49,949 nucleotides of DNA from Nitrososphaerota archaeon (GTDB lineage: Archaea > Thermoproteota > Nitrososphaeria > Nitrososphaerales > Gagatemarchaeaceae): assembly GCA_003135575.1 (NCBI GenBank), contig PLCG01000110.1, positions 1 through 49,949 of the forward strand, written 5' to 3'. Positions 34,339-43,240 of this stretch are shown piece by piece (the first letter of the stretch is position 1; each line of letters begins with the position of its first letter). The position numbers and the translations under genes are program-made. The notes below the pieces were generated by a model. It worked only from the letters and a program-made list of their open reading frames with translations, was not told the DNA's origin and did no database searches.

Positions 34339-36618
34339 TTGAGCGGCATTTTCAGTAACTTCCTACGCGACGCCATCAGGCGTCCCACGGTCACAAGGCG
34401 TAGCATGATTACTGGAATGTTGCTGGTCAGCGTCTTTGTAATCGCGATCATCATCAGGATCTTCCCGGCGAAATACGGCTTTTACCTGAACGAATTTGAC
34501 CCCTACTACGACTACAAGGCGGCCAACTTCATAGTCACGTCCTTCGATCAGAGCTGGAACGCCGGCCAGGGCGGGTTCCCCGGGCTGCTGCACTACTTCT
34601 CATGGACTGATTACACCACCTGGTTCCCAGAGGGCAGGGCAGTGGCCTCCACTTCCCAGGACGGCCTTCAGTTCGCAGGAGCTCTGTCGTACATCTTCCT
34701 GAGAAACGTGTTCGGGTTGCAATTCAGCTTCTACAACTACTTGGTGCTTTTCCCGGTCTTCATCGGCGCGCTCACCGCGATGGCGTTCTACCTGTTCGTC
34801 AAGCGCATCGCTGGCGAGGTGGGAGGCCTGTTCGCAGCGCTGATGGTCGCGGTCTCCCCGCCTCTCATAGAGAGAGGAAACCTCGGCTGGTTCAAGTCTG
34901 AGCCTCTCGCGATTTTCCTCTTTGCTTGCGCTGGCTACCTCTTCCTGACGCTCTTGGACAGCCCCATGAGCACAAGGCAGCGGGTCTTCCGCTCCGTCTT
35001 CGCCGGTCTATTGGCCGGCTACGCCAACACCGCGTGGGGAGGCGGGCTCTACTTCAGCGTCGCGTTCGGGGTCTTCTTCGTCCTGTTGCCGTTCCTGAAC
35101 TACGACGTCCCCGGAATCTCGATTGTGGCGCTGCTCTTCACCGCAGGGGACATCTTCGCAAGCGCAATCTTCCCTAGACCAGGGACCGGGATCGTCACCA
35201 ATCCCGCTGGATTCGCGCTGCTTGGCGGGACCCTCTTCCTCGTGGTGGGCCAGTGGATGAGGACCTGGGTAAGACCCGCAGAATACAGGTGGACGATGGT
35301 GAAGGTCCTCCTCGGCTTCGGGCTCATAGGTCTGGCTGTGCTGAGCTTCGGGCTGCTCTCGCCGGTCAGCCGCAGATACCTCTCGGCAATCCTGCCTTGG
35401 GTGCGGAGCGGCGACCCACTAGTCCAGTCGGTCGCCGAGCACTTCATACCCACAGGCGGAGACTACTTCTCCTCATATCTCGTCCTGCTCTTTCTAGGCA
35501 TCTTTGGAGCGTACGTCGCGTTCAAGAGGAAGAGCCCCTCCATAGGGTTCGCCCTCGTGATAGGGCTGTCAAGCCTCTACATCTCGGCGGCGTTCTCGCG
35601 TCTCCTGGTCTATTCGTCGATTGCCCTCGCAGTCCTCGGAGGAATCGGGTTCGCCGAAGTGATATTCGCCATCCTGAAGCCCAGTGCGCCGACCCTGGTG
35701 AAGAGGAAGCCGACCTACTCGACCCAGAGCGAGATGCGCGCCGTCTATTCGATAGCATTGATCGCCTTGCTGGCCTTCCCCGCGAGCATATTCTGGATAC
35801 CGAACCCAGTCCAGTGCAACGGGACCAGCATAGTGTGCGACCAGAGCCCGGCCGATTATGGCGTCACCATCGCGAACGGGGGCACAGTCTTCTCGCACTC
35901 GCAGATCACCGATTGGTTCCAGGCCCTCAACTGGATACACAACAACACTCCGACGAACGCCGTCATCATCAGCTGGTGGGACTATGGGTACTGGGTCAAC
36001 GTCATGGGTAACAGGACGGTCGTCGCCGACAACGCCACCCTCAACGAGACCAGGATAGCCAACATCGGGCGCATGTTCATGCAGAACCAGACGGCAGGGG
36101 CCGCGACGGCGCTCAACATGGGCCACGGCCGACCCACCTACGTCTTGCTCTTCTTGACCGGCAGCCAAATCACGTTGAGCGGCACGAGCTACTATGTCCT
36201 GCAGTTGCCTGCAGGTCAAGGATTCACCCCTGGTGGAGGAGACGAGAGCAAGAAGCAGTGGTTCATCCGCATCGCCGGGCTGAACGAGTCCCAATACCTC
36301 CAACCTGCCCCCGACGACTTCAACCTCACGCCCGCGGCCCTTACCAACACCGTGTTCGGTGAGATGCTCCCGTTCACTTTCGCCGGCTACTTCGACCTGC
36401 AGAACCAGACGGCCACCGTGACCCAGAACTATTCCCTAGACCCGAACACGGGCGCCCCGCCGGTCCAGCTCTTCGCCACGCCGTCTAACTTCTTCCTGAA
36501 CGGAGGGACCGCCAAGTTCCAGATAGTCTTCCACTCCACCAGCCTGGATACTCCGATATCCTGCGGCAACCAGGTCAGCTGCTTCTCGACGGTCTTGATC
36601 TACAAAGTCCTGCCGTGA
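34339..36618 (+). CDS. aglB: Archaeal oligosaccharyltransferase AglB (STT3 family)
   Basis: WWDYGYW motif, about 13 N-terminal TM helices, C-terminal soluble domain. The start (TTG 34339) is uncertain. Confidence 0.9.
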   Translation: MSGIFSNFLRDAIRRPTVTRRSMITGMLLVSVFVIAIIIRIFPAKYGFYLNEFDPYYDYKAANFIVTSFDQSWNAGQGGFPGLLHYFSWTDYTTWFPEGRAVASTSQDGLQFAGALSYIFLRNVFGLQFSFYNYLVLFPVFIGALTAMAFYLFVKRIAGEVGGLFAALMVAVSPPLIERGNLGWFKSEPLAIFLFACAGYLFLTLLDSPMSTRQRVFRSVFAGLLAGYANTAWGGGLYFSVAFGVFFVLLPFLNYDVPGISIVALLFTAGDIFASAIFPRPGTGIVTNPAGFALLGGTLFLVVGQWMRTWVRPAEYRWTMVKVLLGFGLIGLAVLSFGLLSPVSRRYLSAILPWVRSGDPLVQSVAEHFIPTGGDYFSSYLVLLFLGIFGAYVAFKRKSPSIGFALVIGLSSLYISAAFSRLLVYSSIALAVLGGIGFAEVIFAILKPSAPTLVKRKPTYSTQSEMRAVYSIALIALLAFPASIFWIPNPVQCNGTSIVCDQSPADYGVTIANGGTVFSHSQITDWFQALNWIHNNTPTNAVIISWWDYGYWVNVMGNRTVVADNATLNETRIANIGRMFMQNQTAGAATALNMGHGRPTYVLLFLTGSQITLSGTSYYVLQLPAGQGFTPGGGDESKKQWFIRIAGLNESQYLQPAPDDFNLTPAALTNTVFGEMLPFTFAGYFDLQNQTATVTQNYSLDPNTGAPPVQLFATPSNFFLNGGTAKFQIVFHSTSLDTPISCGNQVSCFSTVLIYKVLP

Positions 36619-36636
36619 TGACCCGGGCCCGTCGGC

Positions 36637-36813
36637 CTACTTGTCTTGCGTTGTAGTGGCCTGATACGCCAGCGGGCTTCTGTATCTGGCATATTTGTCA
36701 TCGGGGGAGTATTTCGCCGGCGCAGCCATGACGGTGGCCTCCCCGCACTGCGGGCACTTCGCCGCCATCGTGTACTTCGAGTCCTTCACGCACTTGAAGA
36801 GCAGGTTCTTCAT
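36637..36813 (-). CDS. nop10: H/ACA RNP protein Nop10 (58 aa), below the ORF-track cutoff
   Basis: Translation: MKNLLFKCVKDSKYTMAAKCPQCGEATVMAAPAKYSPDDKYARYRSPLAYQATTTQDK*. The pattern C...Y.....CP.CG......P.K.SP.D.Y..YR matches Nop10. It sits in the conserved position 3 nt downstream of aIF2-alpha. Confidence 0.75.
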   Translation of the reverse strand: MKNLLFKCVKDSKYTMAAKCPQCGEATVMAAPAKYSPDDKYARYRSPLAYQATTTQDK

Positions 36814-36816
36814 TCT

Positions 36817-37617
36817 CTAGGCGCCGCCGCCATACTTCCGTGACATCTCTTTCTTGCTTGTGAAGCTCCCGTGCTTGCCTATGGCCTCCTCCATCTTCAG
36901 GAGGACAGCTCCCATGACCTTGTCGGCTTGCTTGTAATCGTCGGCGGTGACCCTGACCCGGTAGCGAGGCGCCCCGACGTAGGTCATCTTGATCTCGGCC
37001 ACCGAGGAGGCGTTGAGGCCAGCGGCCAGCGCCTTTTTGATCTGGAGGATACCGTCGGGAGCGTTCGAGCTCATCTCGACTATGTTCCCGACCTCGTACT
37101 TCGGCGCAGCGATCTTCTCCTTCGCCGCAGTGACCATCTCGTTGACGACGTCGGCTGGGAAGTTCAGGGCCGCGAACGTCTTCTCGCCCCTCTTCGCCGC
37201 GTCCTCGAAAGCCTCGTAGAGGGTTCCGTACTGCTCTTGGAGCTTGGTGACGATGTCTGAGAACGGCTTGTCATCCATCCCGAGCTTCTTCTTCACCATC
37301 CCCAGTATCATGACCACCTTCTCCTTCTGCTTCCACTCGATCAGCTTGTTCCGTCTCTCCTCGTTCGTGACCTGTCTGAGGGAAAGGTCGACCTCCCTCC
37401 TGGACTTTTCAGCCCTTATGACCTTGAGGACGAGCTTCTGCCCAACCTTCGCGACCCGGTCAATGTTCCTGACCCAGCCGGTGGTAATCTCGGAGATGTG
37501 CAGGAAACCGTTCATCCCGTTGTATTCGTCAAGGTCGACATAGATGCCGTGCGGGGTTATCTCCCTCACAGTGCACAGGACAATGTCTCCTCTTTCGGGT
37601 AGCTCGCCGCTCTCCAT
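36817..37617 (-). CDS. eif2a: Translation initiation factor 2 alpha subunit
   Basis: N-terminal S1 domain (GDIVLCTVREITPHGIYVDLDEYNGMNGFLHISEI). 266 aa. Confidence 0.9.
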   Translation of the reverse strand: MESGELPERGDIVLCTVREITPHGIYVDLDEYNGMNGFLHISEITTGWVRNIDRVAKVGQKLVLKVIRAEKSRREVDLSLRQVTNEERRNKLIEWKQKEKVVMILGMVKKKLGMDDKPFSDIVTKLQEQYGTLYEAFEDAAKRGEKTFAALNFPADVVNEMVTAAKEKIAAPKYEVGNIVEMSSNAPDGILQIKKALAAGLNASSVAEIKMTYVGAPRYRVRVTADDYKQADKVMGAVLLKMEEAIGKHGSFTSKKEMSRKYGGGA

Positions 37618-37664
37618 CGCTAATCTCCTCTCACTGGCGCTTGCCGAGAAGGTTGGTTATTAAT

Positions 37665-37862
37665 CTAGTCCAGTCTCTTGATTACCGGGGCGTCAATCTC
37701 TACCTTCCCCCCGGTCTTACTAGCGAGCTTTCTCCCACAGCCCCTGCACGTCACGTCTCTCGTGGAGGCGGAGAACATGGGCCTCTCCTCGCCGCAGTCG
37801 GGACACTTGACCAAAAGGAAGCTGCTCCTCGGCTTCGGTATGAACTCTCGCTCTCTCTTCAT
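37665..37862 (-). CDS. rps27e: 30S ribosomal protein S27e
   Basis: CPDCGEE...CRGCG zinc ribbon. 65 aa from the internal ATG at 37862. Confidence 0.85.
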   Translation of the reverse strand: MKREREFIPKPRSSFLLVKCPDCGEERPMFSASTRDVTCRGCGRKLASKTGGKVEIDAPVIKRLD

Positions 37863-37867
37863 TTTGA

Positions 37868-38146
37868 CTATTGCACTATCTCTGCCTTTCTCAGGCGGAT
37901 CCCCTTGCGCATTGCCTCTTTGTTGCACTCCTTGCACTTTAGCTTCAGAGTGGCCTTCTTCGTCGTCTTCGCCGTTCTTATGAGCTCAGGGAACTTCTGG
38001 CCTCCATAGCCCCGCTTTCTGGTGGCCTGTCGTCTGGCACCCCAGGAAGACGCCCTCTCCTTCCCCTTCTTGTAAAGCGAAATGGTGTGAATGGTATGCT
38101 TCTTGCAATGTGGACAGTTTGTGTTAATTTCCTTCGGAATCTTCAT
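37868..38146 (-). CDS. rpl44e: 50S ribosomal protein L44e
   Basis: CPHCKKHT...CKECN. 92 aa. Basic. Confidence 0.9.
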   Translation of the reverse strand: MKIPKEINTNCPHCKKHTIHTISLYKKGKERASSWGARRQATRKRGYGGQKFPELIRTAKTTKKATLKLKCKECNKEAMRKGIRLRKAEIVQ

Positions 38147-38339
38147 ACGGTTTTCAGCCGAGCCGACCCGTCTTATGATTTATGCGTTGTGGTTGGTCCG
38201 GCAGGACTTTTCGGGCTTGAGCGGATGTGAATCCAAAAAGAAACCCGACTCTGAGTACCTGGTGATTCTCGACGCGAATGAGAACCAATCTTTATTATCA
38301 GTCACTATGCAACCCGAGTGAAGGCGAGCACCTCAAAAC

Positions 38340-39095
38340 ATGTTTTTTGCGAAGACCGCTAGCAGCCAGGAATGGAAGGCGGTTGCAGCTGCAATCAAGA
38401 CGCTCGTGGAGGAGGCCACATTCGAGGTCTCCAGCGAGGGCCTCGTCTTCAGGGCAATGGACCCCTCTCACATCGCCCTAGTCGACCTTAATTGGCCGAA
38501 CACAAGCTTCGAGAAGTTCGAGTGCGACAAGCCAACCAAGTTCACCATAAGAGTAGAGGACTTTGTCAAGCTGATTGCCAGGACTGACAACAAGGACAGC
38601 GTGGAGATTGCCTCCAGCGAGGACGACGCCCTGACGCTCAGGCTGATGAACGGGTACAAGCGGGAATTCAAGGTTCATCTCATCGAGACGACGCCCGGCA
38701 CAGCCCCGCTTCCAAAGCTCGACCTCGACGTCAAGCTCTCCATGAGCAAGAGCGTCTTTGAGAAGGTGCTCGGTGACATCTCTGTCGTCGCGGATCAGGT
38801 CATGATTTCATCGTTGAAGGAGGGAGTGTCATTCTCCGGGAAGAGCGACGTTGGTGCGGCTACAATCCAACTCGACAAGGGCGGCGCGGACGTGCTCGAC
38901 CTTCAGGTGAAGGCGGAGGCGAAGGCATCGTATAATATCGATTATTTGCTTGGGATTTCAAAGGCCGTTGGAAGCGCTTCCGATATCGTGGTGGTCGAGT
39001 ATAGCTCGAAGAAACCTGCACGATTGGAGTTCAAATTGAACGAGCAGGGCGCAAGAATATACTACTTCCTTGCACCTCGCATAGCTGAGAATTAG
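38340..39095 (+). CDS. pcn: DNA polymerase sliding clamp PCNA
   Basis: 251 aa. N-terminus ...WKAVAAAIKTLVEEATFEVSSEGLVFRAMDPSHIALVDL is typical of archaeal PCNA. Confidence 0.9.
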   Translation: MFFAKTASSQEWKAVAAAIKTLVEEATFEVSSEGLVFRAMDPSHIALVDLNWPNTSFEKFECDKPTKFTIRVEDFVKLIARTDNKDSVEIASSEDDALTLRLMNGYKREFKVHLIETTPGTAPLPKLDLDVKLSMSKSVFEKVLGDISVVADQVMISSLKEGVSFSGKSDVGAATIQLDKGGADVLDLQVKAEAKASYNIDYLLGISKAVGSASDIVVVEYSSKKPARLEFKLNEQGARIYYFLAPRIAEN

Positions 39096-39117
39096 GCCTC
39101 TGTTTCGCCTAATTCGC

Positions 39118-40194
39118 TCAAATAGCGGTCTGTTTTCCTTTCTTATTCAGCTTCTTCAGTGTAAGATAAAATGGGTCTAGCATTTTGTAATAGCTTGGGT
39201 CTACTTGTTTGAGCCCCCAGAGCGGGTGTGTGTCAATGAAATCAAAGAATTCCAGCATTTTCTTCACCCGTTCCCTCTTGACAATCACGTAAGGGAGTAT
39301 CTGCGGCAAGACAGCACGTAACACGCCAGCACTTGCGATATAGGCCCACCTTGTTTTTGTCGCGGCATCTCCCTTCTTGTTTCGGTGGACTGTCCCTTCT
39401 CCTATTGTCTCGGCGATTCTGATTAGAAATGCCCTGTTACTATTGCTTATTTCCAATTGAGGCCGATAAAAGAAACCTCGCCGATACAGCCGGTTGAAGA
39501 CCTTTGACAGAAGAATTGAGCCCTCGCCGTCTATCACGCCCGCCAACCAGGCGCATTCCTTCTCAGACATTTGCCTGAATGCCTTGAATCTATTGCCAGG
39601 TCTTCGGTCATTCAAGTTGACAGGTCGAGACGCTAAGGCTAATTGGTCACCTGGAACGTCTCTGCCTTTCTCATTCAAGCGCTTTACCCCGAGATACAGG
39701 GAATCGAGTTTTTCGTGGTATCCTTCTGGAACCTTCATTGACCCATCTATGGGATTCGACTCTATGAACTCAAGATACCTCAGCATTGTCTTCGCGACTT
39801 CTTGCTTGATTATCAAGTAGGGCAAGATTTGTGGTAGAATGCCTCGGAGGACCGAGGGCGAACCTTTGTACTCCCACTTGTCTCTCCAATCACGTCTTTT
39901 CTCTATGGTCAGCCCCACGAATCCCATCCCGATGACTTCCCTTATGCGCCTAACAATATCTTCGTTCGAATTAGCTACGCTAAGAAAGGCCTTGTAGAAG
40001 AAACCTCTTCTGGAATACCCAGACTTCACTAGCACTCTTGCAATGAAGATGGACCCTTCGCCATCAATGACTCCTGCCAACCACGCCCTTTCAACAGGAC
40101 TCAGAATCCGGACTGTGCTTCGCTGAGCGACATGCAACCCGCCAACTGCGTTGGGTGCCTCTTGAGGTGACTCCCTTGACCTGTTCTTCGGCAT
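39118..40194 (-). CDS. Free-standing double-motif LAGLIDADG homing endonuclease
   Basis: Two copies of WLAGVIDGEGSI (residues about 37 and about 214), each followed by a similar half-domain. The gene is clearly lower in GC than its neighbours. Confidence 0.8.
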   Translation of the reverse strand: MPKNRSRESPQEAPNAVGGLHVAQRSTVRILSPVERAWLAGVIDGEGSIFIARVLVKSGYSRRGFFYKAFLSVANSNEDIVRRIREVIGMGFVGLTIEKRRDWRDKWEYKGSPSVLRGILPQILPYLIIKQEVAKTMLRYLEFIESNPIDGSMKVPEGYHEKLDSLYLGVKRLNEKGRDVPGDQLALASRPVNLNDRRPGNRFKAFRQMSEKECAWLAGVIDGEGSILLSKVFNRLYRRGFFYRPQLEISNSNRAFLIRIAETIGEGTVHRNKKGDAATKTRWAYIASAGVLRAVLPQILPYVIVKRERVKKMLEFFDFIDTHPLWGLKQVDPSYYKMLDPFYLTLKKLNKKGKQTAI

Positions 40195-40291
40195 GGACTA
40201 GAATGGAAACTGACTATTTAGGCGCCACCGAGAATCCAAGAGCGACACATCCTCACTAATCTTATAATCAACGACGCATCTCGTCCCTTTC

Positions 40292-41398
40292 TTGTCCGCG
40301 AGCACCCCCAAGGTCGATGGCGCCCCGCCCCAGATGGACGACAAGACCATCGCGTTCCTTCGGAGGGCCTTCCGCGAGCATTACTTCAAGCATCACGACG
40401 ACGTCGAGATGCCCACCATGATCCAGAACAGGGAGTTCGGATACATCCCGTTCGGGAAGGGGATGATAAGGCACCTGTCCTACAAGACCTCGGGAGAGCT
40501 CGCCGCCGACCTGGTGAAGCAGGCCCCATCGTCTGTCTTCTGCTCCAACGGTGTCTACTCTAACCCGACCCTGGCGATGGACGAGAAGGGGTGGAAGGGG
40601 GCCGAGCTGATCTTCGACATCGACGCAAGTTCAATCCCGACTTCGTGCAGGGCCAAGCACAGCTTCTGGGCGTGCAAGGCATGCGGCAAGATCACACGCT
40701 CGTTGGAGAGGCCGCCGCAGTGCCCAAAGTGCGAATCGACGGGCCTGGCTCAGCTGCATTGGAGCTGTGCCGAGTGTTTGGCCGCCACCAAGGAGCACGT
40801 CTCCCGGCTGATCGAGTTCCTCACCAGCGACTTTGGGGTCTCCAGCGCCGGCATCAGGATATACTTCTCGGGGAACAGGGGCTACCACCTTCACGTGGAG
40901 GACGAGAGGTTCGAGGGGATGGAGCCGTCAGCACGCGCCGAGGTCGCGAACTACATCAAGGGCACCGGCCTCGTCCGTCCGCAGAGCTCCGACTACACGC
41001 CTTCAGGCGCCTCTAGCAGAGGTGGGTGGCTCGAGAGGGTAGCGGCCGCGTCATCTGGCAAGGACCAACCGCAGAGGCTGGAGCAGGTGATCAACGCGTT
41101 CAGCTCGAGGATAGACGAGTCCGTCACAACGGATATACACAGGATTTTTCGCATGCCCGGGACGTTGCACGGAAACTCGGGCCTGCTGAAGATGAGGGTG
41201 CACGACTTGGACCGCTTCATGCCGGAGTACGACCCGGTCGTGCTGGGTGACGAGGAGGTCGCCGTCTCCGTGCAAGGCTCGCCCGTCTTCAGCCTGAAGG
41301 GCCGGACGTTCGGACCCTATTCCTCCGAGGAGCCCGAGCTCCCTGTCTATGCTGCAGTGTACCTGATGACAAAGGGTCTAGCGAGGCTCGCGGACTAG
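40292..41398 (+). CDS. priS: DNA primase small (catalytic) subunit PriS
   Basis: ELIFDIDA, YFSGNRGYHLHV and RMPGTLH motifs. Zinc knuckle C..C...CPKC. The start is TTG 40292 or ATG 40334. Confidence 0.9.
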   Translation: MSASTPKVDGAPPQMDDKTIAFLRRAFREHYFKHHDDVEMPTMIQNREFGYIPFGKGMIRHLSYKTSGELAADLVKQAPSSVFCSNGVYSNPTLAMDEKGWKGAELIFDIDASSIPTSCRAKHSFWACKACGKITRSLERPPQCPKCESTGLAQLHWSCAECLAATKEHVSRLIEFLTSDFGVSSAGIRIYFSGNRGYHLHVEDERFEGMEPSARAEVANYIKGTGLVRPQSSDYTPSGASSRGGWLERVAAASSGKDQPQRLEQVINAFSSRIDESVTTDIHRIFRMPGTLHGNSGLLKMRVHDLDRFMPEYDPVVLGDEEVAVSVQGSPVFSLKGRTFGPYSSEEPELPVYAAVYLMTKGLARLAD

Positions 41399-41989
41399 AT
41401 GGAGACCGTTTCCACCGTAGAAAAGCTGAGGCAGGCCCTGGAGTTGGAAGAAGCCTCAGACACGCTCACCGTGATCCCGGCAGAGACATACATCAAGCTG
41501 GCCAACTACGCGCAGAAGCTCCGCGCCCCTGCGGGCTCGGGCAGCGACGATGCCCCCGTGCGATTGGCAAAGAAACAACTTTGGCTGATTGAGGTGATGA
41601 CAAGGCGGCTGCTTCACGTGCGCTTGGCCAAGGCCGAGAAAGAGGAGGCCGCAATGCCCGATGACGACCAGTCGACGCGGTCAGCCAAGAACCTCCTGCC
41701 CGAGGAGCGATACATCAACGACGTGATGCGGCAGCTCGCTAAGAAGGAGGACAGGTTCGTCAAGGCGGTGGTGGACGGGCAGCCGTCGTTCTTCACGCTG
41801 GTCCAGAGGAGGGAGACCCAAAGGATGACGACGGTTAGGATCTCGAAGCGGGTGGGGGAGATAATCGGCGCGGACTTGAAGAGGTACGGTCCCTTCGAGG
41901 TCAACGACGTCGCGAGGCTCCCGGTGGGGAACGCTCAGGTGATGGTGGCCAGCAAGCAGGCCGTTCCTGTCTCGACGGACGATTACTAG
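41399..41989 (+). CDS. GINS-like subunit (Gins51/Gins15-type); tentative
   Basis: 196 aa. Helical N-terminal domain, then a small beta-rich C-terminal domain. The ATG immediately follows the priS stop (TAGATG). Gins15 is encoded next to priS in Sulfolobus, as far as I recall. Confidence 0.5.
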   Translation: METVSTVEKLRQALELEEASDTLTVIPAETYIKLANYAQKLRAPAGSGSDDAPVRLAKKQLWLIEVMTRRLLHVRLAKAEKEEAAMPDDDQSTRSAKNLLPEERYINDVMRQLAKKEDRFVKAVVDGQPSFFTLVQRRETQRMTTVRISKRVGEIIGADLKRYGPFEVNDVARLPVGNAQVMVASKQAVPVSTDDY

Positions 41990-42333
41990 CTATAGCTGCG
42001 CCACGTGTGATTACACTTGAGGCAGCGGTAGAACTGCGTCGGGGGCTCGTCGCCGCTGCGCGTCTGCAAGAACCACCAGTTCGCCTCGTCATGGCCGCAC
42101 TTCGGGCACTCGATCTTGGTAGTCGGGAGCGTAGACAGCTTGCTCTCCTTCTCGCCAACCACTTTAATCGCCGGCAGATCTGACAATTCCTCCTCGGTGC
42201 CTAGCGTCACGGTCCTCCCGGCCTTGTCTGAATAGCCGCAGTTATCGCAGAGGAGGGTGATTGTCGCACCTCCCTTCTCCGCCTTTACTTGCTTGAGCTT
42301 TAGTCGGGTACCACACTTGGGGCAGAACTTCAG
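41986..42333 (-). CDS. tfs: Transcription factor S (TFS / RpoM-like), apparent CTG start
   Basis: C-terminal ribbon CPKCGHDEANWWFLQTRSGDEPPTQFYRCLKCNHTWR. N-terminal ribbon (L)KFCPKCG...CDNCG lies upstream of the only canonical start (GTG 42210). See the finding. Confidence 0.7.
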   Translation of the reverse strand: MKFCPKCGTRLKLKQVKAEKGGATITLLCDNCGYSDKAGRTVTLGTEEELSDLPAIKVVGEKESKLSTLPTTKIECPKCGHDEANWWFLQTRSGDEPPTQFYRCLKCNHTWRSYS

Positions 42334-42617
42334 TCCGATCCACCACTTGTGGCCTTTGTAACAGCGTCCAGCAACTCACGTAAGCTGACCTGCGCCCTCT
42401 CGAGGCTAGCGAGGAATGCCTTCTCAGGCTTGATCCTCTGGGCACGGACCTTAACGACCAGCTTCTTGATTAGCGGGTGTGGAGGCAGGACTCCCGCGAA
42501 CGTCACGTTCTTCTCGTCGAGCAACTCGTGGTGCACAATCTCTGCGAGGGAGTAATCCTCACCCGTCACTTCGACGGTGAACTCCCTGTCTTCTTTCCGA
42601 GAGACTTGGACGAGCAT
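42330..42617 (-). CDS. rpoL: DNA-directed RNA polymerase subunit L (Rpo11)
   Basis: 95 aa. EVTGEDYSLAEIVHHELL...FAGVLPPHPL matches the RpoL/Rpb11 pattern. Confidence 0.8.
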   Translation of the reverse strand: MLVQVSRKEDREFTVEVTGEDYSLAEIVHHELLDEKNVTFAGVLPPHPLIKKLVVKVRAQRIKPEKAFLASLERAQVSLRELLDAVTKATSGGSD

Positions 42618-42692
42618 CAGTTTTCGAAACCGACCCGCTTCGGGTTGTTAATAAGGGAATCGAAATCTGTGAAGACGGCGGGTCATTTTTAC

Positions 42693-43013
42693 CTACCGAG
42701 AGTCCGCGGCAAACTCATGACTGCCCGGAAAATTCGCCGCACGAGGCAATCCTTCTAGAGTGTCGAACAATTCATCGACACTCGTCGAGTGCCTCGCCAA
42801 TTCGATCGCCCTTTCATACGAGCATCCCATCTTGCCACAATCGGAACACGTGATGTAGCTTTCTATCATCGCCCTGTCGCCAGTCCGATTAGCTCGAACC
42901 AACAGGTCCTCAGCGCTTCTCAAGCCCGCTTGTGAGGCCAGCTCAGGAGCCCGTCTCCGTATCCTTTCTCTCAGCGTTTCCGCGAGCTCCCTTTCGTCCA
43001 ATTGGAAATACAC
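42693..43013 (-). CDS. Hypothetical protein
   Basis: 106 aa. GTG start. CSDCGKMGC motif. No family recognised. Confidence 0.4.
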   Translation of the reverse strand: MYFQLDERELAETLRERIRRRAPELASQAGLRSAEDLLVRANRTGDRAMIESYITCSDCGKMGCSYERAIELARHSTSVDELFDTLEGLPRAANFPGSHEFAADSR

Positions 43014-43240
43014 GCGCCTCTTTCCCTCATCAAGCGAATGGGACTCGCCCTGAACGCCCTTGGGAGTTCATCCCCTTGCATTGCCCTAGCCGGAACATCA
43101 GTGCCTTTGACTTTATCACATGCTCATAGACAAATGCGCTACTAAAGCGCCCACCTAAGCCATGAAAATCCGGGCCATAGGTTTCATTGGATCTTCTCTG
43201 AAATCTTCCGAGGATGAGCGCTAATCCGAGAAGGAAAACA

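Noticed and set aside
39106-40224. 7-bp inverted repeat (CGCCTAA at 39106-39112 / TTAGGCG at 40218-40224) flanking the LAGLIDADG gene.
   Set aside because: Too short to distinguish from chance. Homing endonuclease genes do not require terminal inverted repeats.
42960-43035. Possible C/D-box sRNA (TTGATGA ... CTGA on the minus strand).
   Set aside because: The C box is imperfect and the C-to-D spacing is about 52 nt, which is too long. No C'/D' boxes are present. It overlaps the start of ORF 42693..43013.
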